This document shows positions 55,440 to 64,000 of a DNA stretch of 64,000 nt, piece by piece (the first letter of the stretch is position 1; each line of letters starts with the position of its first letter). A program made the position numbers and the translations under genes. This DNA is from Eledone cirrhosa (lineage: Eukaryota): assembly GCA_964016885.1 (NCBI GenBank), contig OZ024740.1, forward strand, positions 174,158,001 through 174,222,000. The letters run 5' to 3'. The notes under the pieces were generated by a model. It made no database searches and was not told the origin of the DNA. It was given only the letters and a program-made list of their open reading frames with translations.

Positions 55440-56932
55440 GTTCGTCTACAGCGTGATGGTTCCACGCTAAAATCACCGGGGGTGATCAAATCACTGGGGG
55501 TGATGAAATCGTCGGTGGTTATGTAACCATACATTCACCAATCCTAGATATGAGTGTTTAAATGTCGAACCTAAACAGTTCGAATAACGATGAAGAGGAG
55601 ACTGGAACGTTATGCGACAGACTTTCACCCAGCAGGTGCCCCCTGGCCCAGCAGCAGGGACCTGGCTGTCATCCAAATACTGCTGGTGTTGGAGGAAGAA
55701 GAAGAAGGAAAGGGACCAGAACCGACTGGACGAAAGAATTGAATAGAACTGTTATGCAATGTTAACTGAAGAGTAACCCCAGTAGGAATGTCATAAGTGC
55801 AGTAAATTCCAGAGCTGTGTCTATTATTAGATACAGTGCGGGAATTCTGAAATAGAATGTTGCTGAACAAAAATAAATGGATAGGAAGACTAGGAAGCTA
55901 TTGACTATCTACAACATGTTCCACAAGAGGAGTGATGTCGATAGACTCTACTTAAGGAGATCTGAAGGTGGAAGAGGTCTTATCAGCATAGAGGACTGTG
56001 TTCAGATGGAGAAAAACAACCTACACAAATACGTGACTGATAGTAGGGAGCCAATGCTCAGAATTGTACTGAAGGAGAGGACAATAGACCAGGGGATGTC
56101 CAAGGAGGAAATAATAACAAGGAGAAAGAGCAACCTTCATGAAAAATCCCTTCATAGTGACTTCTTTGAGAAAACTGAATTTAGAGATCCACAGACATGG
56201 AACTGGTTGAAAAGAGGAGACCTTAAAAAGGCTACAGAAGGAATGCTAATGGCTGCGTAAGCGCAGGCCCTCAAAACGAAGTGGCTGAAATACCATATTT
56301 ACAAGGAGGAGGGTAGCCCACTGTGTAGGATCTGTGGAGAGAGAGAGAGGAGACTGTGGCTCACATTGTATCCGAGTGTAAACACCTAGCCCAGACTCAC
56401 TATAAAGGATGGAGACATGATGTGATGGGCAGGGTGATCCACTGGCACCTATGCAAAGTAAACAATTTACCACATTCTGGGAAATGGTATGAGCATAAGC
56501 CAGAGTCGGTGATAGAAAACGATCAGGTGAAGGTGCTATGGGATTTTAGGATACAGACGGACAAGGAAAAAAGATCGTGTCTGATTGTGGATGTGGCCTG
56601 CCCATTCGACACGAGAGTGCAAGAGAAGGAGAGGGAGAAAATTAACCGATACCAGGACTTAAAGTGGGAGGTAAAAAGGATTTGGAACTGCCATGAAGTC
56701 AAAGTGGTCCCGATTGTCATAGGCGCACTAGGTATTATCTCAAAGAGTTTCCAAGGATGGTTAAAGAAAATTGGTCCCGCCCCGCTTTTTGGAACACTTC
56801 AAAAGGTATGCTTGCTGGGAACAGCAATAACCCTCCGATATGTCCTGAATATCTTAGGCTGCAGGTAGTGGCTTGATATTCATTTTAACAAACTTTCCAG
56901 TTAAATAACATCAATGACTGAGACTCAACGAA
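55440..56932 (+). mobile_element. R4/Dong-like LINE, copy 3, internally deleted
   Basis: Putative N-terminus (RTDWTKELNRTVMQC) joined at ~55787 to the post-RT region; RLE domain 56356-56868; (AAT)n tail from 56933. Confidence 0.85.
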
Positions 56933-56933
56933 C

Positions 56934-56987
<54 letters not shown>

Positions 56988-56988
<1 letters not shown>

Positions 56989-59900
56989 TTTTCTTTATTA
57001 ACCACAAGGGATTACATAAAGTAGACATTAAGGACATTACAGGACAATACAGGACGGTACAAATGGGCATTTCTGCGTGTAAAAAAAACAACAGAGGATG
57101 TAATAAAATAACAAAGAAAAATTCCCCAATAGGGGGAGACTTTCGAGGGACATTTATGGAGAAAGCCCATTAAAAGACCACAGTGACCCTGACTACCAGG
57201 GCAAGTGCCCTCTCCCAGTTATCTACCTTTAATTTACAGATACATACTCAGAGTAGTCCCATCCAGTCGGGCCATACTTGCTTCTCTCACCCATCTTTCA
57301 ACAAAATGCTGGGAAGAGAGCACTTCCCTCTCTACCCTGATTTTCCTTTTCAAATGAAATTTGAAAAAGTTAATCAGGGCATCACCGAAGAGGTAAGTGC
57401 TCGTCTTCAGCCCTTTCAAACGTGTCCACCATACTATCTCTTTCGCCATGGCCACCAGACAGATAAAAACTGCCTGCCCTTCCCGACTAAAGGAAGAGGG
57501 CGGGGCAATCCTCACGATGGACTCAGCTGATAGCTGGATACGTCCTACACGTGACAGCAGGTGTTCGACATAAACCCACAAGTCAGCAATGCTCGGACAC
57601 TGGACGAGTGCATGCAGGACGGTTTCGTCGCCCTGCGCGCATCTCGGACATGCCCGGCTGACGGCACCTCCATGCCTGTAGAGTTTATCCCGAACTGGCA
57701 AAGCTCCTCGGTAGCACTGCCAGGCCAGGGATTTCTGGAAGTTGTCCATAGGCCCCGGCCCGAAAGTCCTTCCGAAGAGATTGGCTAGTTGATTTTCGTC
57801 GACGCCTAGAGTTTCCCCAAGTACGTCGTCGCGCTTCCCCTCCACTAATCCTCTATAGAACGCCGAGGTGGAGTTTCCACCGATCACATTGCCCGATTGG
57901 TCGAGGGCTGTGAGCGCCTGAAGACATTCCAGTCTCCAAGCGCTCCCTATCGGTCTTCGCTTGACCCAGGACTGCAGCTCCGTCAAGGAGACGAGCTGAG
58001 GAAAGACGTGTCTAGCAAACGGCGACCACACCTGATCACCGTCGAGGAAGAGGTGGAGATATCATAGCCTGAGCGCGTGTCTGCGCATCATCAGCCACGG
58101 TATGCCCAACCCTCTACGTAGCGGGTGTTGACAGCAGATAGACCGCCTGACCAGCGCAGTCAGGCGGGGCTTAGGACAAGGTACGACGGTCAGGCGGTAG
58201 TAGATGACGGACGCGATGTACGCGTTAGCCACCTCCGCTCGACCTTTCAGGGATAGCTTCCTCTCGGCCCATTTCTGGGTGAGAGAAGCCACCCTGCTCG
58301 TCACCTCGTCCCAGTTTTTGTCCGTCTGGAGGTCAGGACCGAACCAGACCCCTAGCAATTTAACCGGTCCGTCAGTCCAGCGCCCGACGACGCTGTTGGA
58401 CGGCATGGACCTGCCTCTCCAGGTGCCGAGCTGCAGGCCCACTGACTTTTCCTGGTTGATCATTGCTCCTGTCACCGCTTCGTATTCTCTTAGTGTAGTG
58501 CCGGTCGCCTCGATGTGTTTGGCGTTCGACACCACTACGGTGACATCATTCGCATATGCTGACACGGATCTTCCGCATCCTAGTTCGCGCGGGACCCCCC
58601 TCAACGTCTCCACATTTGTGCAGTAATGGCTCGAGAGTCAATACATACAATAGGGACGAGAGGTGACATCCTTGGCGGACCGAGCGCATGATGTTGAACG
58701 GTTCCGAAAGGTGACCGTTCACTCTCACCACAGAGCAGATATCGCTGTGCATGGCAGCGATCCAGCCTCTGAAGACGGGCCCAAAGCCAGCCTCCCTCAG
58801 GACTGCCGCTAGGTAACGATGGTCGACCCTATCGAAGGCTTTCGACTGATCTAAATTGATCAAAGACCCACCCGTGCCAGGTTCCCTAGCTACCCTCTCT
58901 ACGATGTATCGCATGAGGGGGAGGTTGTCGTGGATGGATCTGTCGGGAATGGCGCATGTCTGCGCCTCTCCCACCAGACCACCAACGACAAGCGTCAACC
59001 TCTTTGCTAGCATCTTGGCCAATATCTTGAACTCTGTGTTTAGCAGAGTTATGGGCCTAAAATTATCTATGTTATCCCCCTTGTTCGGATCCTTTCTCAG
59101 CAGCGTCACCGCTCCTCGGCTCACAGGGCTGGGAATTCTCCCGTTCTGTTGCCAGTTGCAGTAGACGTCCGCCAAGAGGCCTCCGAACATTTCTGGAATT
59201 TGTACGTAAAGTTCATAGGGCAGACCATCCAAACCAGGCGATTTACCCCTTGTGCAGCCAGTCATTGCCTCCCGTACTTCAGCGGCTGCTATCGGCTTTT
59301 CTCAACACTCCGCCTCAGTGGCCGAGAGCCACGGCAGTCCGTCGAGGTAGACACTAAAGTCCATCCCCCGATCCGGCCCGCCACTGCCCCCAAACAGTTG
59401 AGCGAAGTGTCGCTGAAAAGCTTCACACATTTGCCCGGGATCCAGTAGCATGCGCCCGTCGTGGTCCACCAAAGACCGGATCGTGGCTTTGTTGCCACGA
59501 CGCGCCTCCGCCACTCGGGCCCATTGAACAGCTTTCGTACCCTCGTGTCTGAGAGCACGCACCCTAGCTCTGACAACGCAGCCTTCGTGCTTTGCATTGA
59601 AGAATTGGTCAAGGGCCAATTTCGCCGCAAGCACGTCGGTCGCGATGCCTTTGCAAAGCGCCTCGTCTAATTTTCTAACTAATTCTCCCTCTGCTCTATT
59701 TTTCTCTATTGCTAAAGCCTTACTAAACCTAATGGACTCTATTCTAATTGCTCTTTTCAGAGCAAACCACCACTTGTTGTTGACGATGGCCCCCGTCAAC
59801 GCCCACTTAACTAGTTCGCTAATCCGGTCTCTGTAGGCCTTGCGCGCTGGTAAGGACGCGTTTAGCTTCCAGTAGCCGGGTCCTCGTCTATGAAGCCTAT

Positions 59901-62194
59901 CTAAGTCAAGCACACAGATCACGAATTTGTGGTCCGTGTAGCTGACTATCTTGAATTGTGGACAGCCTATGCTAGACCTATCTATTTCCCTACAAAATAC
60001 TCTATCTAAATATGATCTGGATGACCCTATGCGATTTGTCCAAGTCCACATTGGTACATTCGGGAAATCCAATCGGTACCTGTCAGACAGTTCAAAACGC
60101 CTGAGCAGGTTGGTGAGACTCTTGCACCCTCCTCCCCTATCCACTAATCCCACACAATCCCAGCGTGCATCTAAGATCCCGTTCCAGTCGCCCACTAACA
60201 CTAAAGAGTGGGACGTTCCAAGAAAGGTCTCCAGACGCCGGAAGAAATCAGGCCGCCCTGCTCCTGTCGGGGCATAGACGGCCACTAACCCGAAAGCTTG
60301 CCCGTCTCCGTTGGTCACGTCCAGCACCACCAACTTATCTTCTGGATCCAGGAAGATGGTCCGTTTGGCAAGATCCAAACCTTTCCGAAAAAGCACAGCA
60401 ACTCCTCCCCCAGATCCCGAACGGCTGGGAGATGCGTACACATCGTAGCCGCTGAAGATCGGTGCGAAGGCCCGTGCTTCGGAGATTCTGGTCTCGCTGA
60501 TAGCCACTACATCTATGTTTAGTGACCTGAGGTCGTTGAGCAGGTGGCCCTGCTTCCATGACGACGCCAAGCCACGCGCATTTATGCTGCCTATTCTGAG
60601 TGAGGTCATGTTGAAAAGGAGTGGAAAAGATGGGAAAGACCACTTACTTTACTTCTTGTAGAGGAAGGACGGTTTTTTCATCCTTTTCACTGCTTGTGGC
60701 CTCCTCAAGAAGGATGTCCTTATAAATCCTCCTGGAGAGTGCTTGTCGGAAGTCTCCGATGTCTTTGGGGAATTTTTGTTTTAGTGTCATGTACGTTTTC
60801 TGTGTGATGCGAGTGATTTGTATGTGTGGAGGTGGTGTGAATTTTTGGGTTTTAGTGTAGTCTTTTTCTGTGATGTTGGTGTTGTGTTGGATGTAATGTA
60901 ATAATTGGTTGTTGTTCAAATTTAATGCTGTGTAGTGTGTATCGTTTTGGTTGTTTTGTTTTGTTTGCGTTTGTTGTGGGTTTGTTTCTGTTTCGCCTTT
61001 TGGTGACTTTTGTGGTGTAGGTGATGGTGGTGTTGGGGTTAATGATGGTGATGGTGTTGGTGTTTGGGATGATGGGGTTGGTGATGCTGGTGTGGATGGT
61101 TGCATATCTGTCCTAACTTTTTTGTTTGTTAATTTATTTGTATCCCTCTGTATTTTGTTTTTGGAGGGGGAAGGAAGAGAATTTTTTCTTTTTTGGTTTC
61201 TTTTTTTTTCCTGATACCGTTTCCCACTCCTCGTCGTCACAATCTGTCTCCAGTTGTGATAGGCCGGGGAGTGGAAAATCATCCACAGGCGTTAGTTTTG
61301 GTTGTGGCGTGGTGGATGGTGTAGGCGCTGGTGCTAGTTCTGAAGCGTTGGGTGGTGGTGGTGTTGGTTTTGCTGGTGGTGGTGGTGTTGGTTTTGCTAC
61401 TGTTGCTGGGGTTGTTGCTGCTACAGTTGTTGCTGTCATCTCTGCTACTGGTGGTGTTGATGGCTGACCCTGTACCCATCTTTCTTTACCATTTTTTTGC
61501 CATTTTCTAATTCCTCCTGAGTTACCATAAATGCTTCGCACTGTTTTGCTACTCTGGCAAAACTCAGGGTGGTTTTTTTATTGTCATTGTTGCTGTTGTC
61601 GTTATCGTTATTTTTGTTATTATTAATTTTAGTTTCAGTTGTGGTGGTGGTGACGTCAGTGGTGTTCGGTGTGGATGAGTCCATTTTCGTTGAAAACATT
61701 TCGACATCACGAGTTGATTTATTTTTTCCTTTTGTTTCTGTTGTCGCGGTGGTGGTAGGGGTGGTGGTTGTCGCGGTGGTGGTGGTGGTGGCGGCTTTAA
61801 CACCTGCAGTCATTGGTAATGGCGGGAAATGAATGTCTGCCTGAGTCAAATTTAAAATATTGCTACTACTTATATTTTTTTTAGTGTTGGCAAACGTAGT
61901 AACATTTACAATGGTGGTGTCGGTGTGAGGTGTTAATTTGTGAGGAAGGCTCTCAGCTGCTTGGTGCAGAGGTGATTTAGCCATTTTTTTTTCAAATAAA
62001 TTTTTTGATAATCATAAAAGTTTAAATTTTGGGCACAAGGCCCCAATCTTTTTGGGTGTCCTTTTCGGAAAACAATGTATGTGCGCTTATATATAGTTAA
62101 CAATAAAAATTTTCCATAAATGGCAATTCTTAACAAACGGAAATAACAAACCTTTGCGGAGCTCACGATGATACGATTTACTACGTAGGTCGCC
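56988..62194 (-). mobile_element. Tx1/L1-clade LINE, copy 2 (related subfamily)
   Basis: APE 59302-60609; RT 58062-59265 (AYANDV); C-terminus 57234-58031 (CPRC..ETVLHALVQC); ORF1 remnant 60644-61984 without a zinc knuckle; AATAAA 56994-56999; (AAT)n at both ends. Confidence 0.9.
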
Positions 62195-62228
<34 letters not shown>

Positions 62229-62279
62229 TTAATAACAACAAAGCAAATGTGGAATTCTTTACCTTCCTAGAACTCAAGG

Positions 62280-63476
62280 AGGCCGTAGCCTGATCTAATT
62301 TGAACTTACCTACAAGACCATCACTATTAGACTGGCACTGGCCAAATACCTTGAAACAACAAACGACTGTATGCTGAAACTTGTTGAAAAACATGAGAAA
62401 AGTAAGAAGTTTCATTCTCTCTTGAAGGAGGGTAAAATATATGCTACTAATCTCATGCTTGATCCCAGGTTGGATAGACTGAGGAAACTGTTGCAATTGA
62501 TGCTGCTAAGCACATAAAATTAATGGCAAAATCAAAAGGGCAAGAGCAATTAGCATCAAAGTTGGAGCAGAAACCTCTCCATGCCAAATATGTAGCCCGT
62601 AGCTCAGGGCTAAAAGCAGAGAGTGAAGGCTTCATCTTAGCTGCCCAAGATCAAAGCTTACTGATACGGAATTACCAGGCCAATGTAATGAGAAAGTGCC
62701 GTTTCTGCAATGTTGAGGTTGAAACAGTGGACCACCTAGTTTCTGGATGTAATGTTTTAGCCCCAGTAGAGTACAAATATAGACATGGCTAAAATCTACA
62801 CTGGCTAATATATGTCGGCATTATAAAATCAAAGCTGCTGACAAGTGATACAATCATCACACTGATGCTGTAACTGAAAGTAACAATTCTTTAGGACTTT
62901 CCTGTACATACTGACCAGACCATAAAATCTAGTAGACCAGAAATCATTGTAAAAGACCAACATAGCAAGGTCTGTTTATTGATTGATATGAGCATCCCAT
63001 GTGATCACAATATCATGGCGAAAGAATTTGACAAGCTACGAAAATATAAAGATCTGCTTATTGAAATCGAAAAAATGTGGCACCTCAAGGCCGTTACAAT
63101 ACCAGTGATTGTGGGAGCACTGGGAACGATCAAGAAAGGAACAGAAGAATATTTGCGAATGATTTCAGGTTTACCCTCTCTGCAAGAGGTGCAAAAAAAT
63201 TGTTTTGACTGGTACTGCACATGTATTGAGAAGAGCACTATCTCTGTGAGAATAATATCTCCCACCTTGTGTGGTTATGTGTGTGAATAGAGCACTATCT
63301 CTGTAAGAATGATATCCCTCTGTAAGAATGATAAGCTGTAAATTATATTCAATGTGGTGTATTAACTGGCTTACCAATGTACAGTGAATTTATTTGCCCT
63401 AGGTGTCAGGAAGACACTCGGCATATATCAGAAACAATACTGAAGGAAAAGGAAAAACGATAAAAAAAAATAATAA
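62280..63476 (+). mobile_element. R4/Dong-like RLE LINE relic (different family)
   Basis: ESEGFILAAQDQSL, CRFC..ETVDHLVSGC, RPEIIV, IDMSIP, KYKDL, IPVIVGALG. Confidence 0.85.
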
Positions 63477-63599
63477 CCAGAGGATTTAATCCCCCAATAC
63501 AAAGCAGGCAATAATATATATTGAACATTTCCAATGATAAACAATAAATACAATTTTTTGATACAAACATACACATTCACAAACAACCTCCACCACATG

Positions 63600-63875
63600 C
63601 TTATCTCTTCTTTCTTCTTCTTGCTCATGCTTGATGAGACTGGAGTCATCCTAGGTCAGTGATCCCAGAGGAATAATCGTGCGTAGCATCGACCAGGTTC
63701 ATCGTGCTCTCCCTCGCTGGCGTACATGTCCGTACCAGCACATGCGGCGATTGCCATGAGACGGAATGTTGCGGACTGATGTATGCGTGCACGCAACTCC
63801 TTCTTGGAAAAGAGATGGTACCATCTGACGTTCTCGGTGGTCCTCAGGGCTCTGCAATCGAAGCCGTCGAGCTTA
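63600..63875 (-). mobile_element. RTE-type LINE 3' relic
   Basis: KLDGFDCRALRTTENVRW...MCWYGHV. Confidence 0.6.
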
Positions 63876-64000
63876 AAGAGTTAAAGATTAAAGAGAGAAA
63901 CACTTTTTATGAATGTAATTTATTACCGGAAACGACCCCATTTTTCCTCCAGGGGGCTTGTTTTCTTTGCTCCACAATGTTTAGGAGAAACTGTTTCTGG

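Overview
Eukaryotic, AT-rich, repeat-saturated DNA with no recognisable host protein-coding gene. The SINE and LINE repertoire and the huge (TA)n/(CA)n arrays suggest a cephalopod (octopus-like) genome; this is inference. Most ORFs in the supplied track are microsatellite artefacts. Positions 1-46 kb are dominated by Penelope-like elements (PLEs) sitting in (TA)n arrays: two Naiad-like families with a CxCx5Cx5C linker, one near-intact 874-codon PLE, and several fragments. This part also holds a hAT MITE, a Helitron relic, RTE/CR1/Gypsy relics and tRNA-derived SINEs. Positions 46-64 kb are a nest of R4/Dong-like (RLE) and Tx1/L1-like LINEs bounded by (AAT)n. The main hidden signal, found by reading the sequence, is about 20 type-I hammerhead ribozyme (HHR) motifs, intact or decayed. 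Many occur as mirror-image pairs inside long, near-perfect, ORF-less palindromes of 120-630 bp embedded in (TA)n, which look like extreme foldback PLE pseudo-LTR insertions. They include a natural U3-A8 compensatory core variant, a recurrent U.U at the base of stem II, and a ~306-bp tandem HHR unit resembling a non-LTR retrozyme. All folds were assigned by eye; none has been computed or tested.
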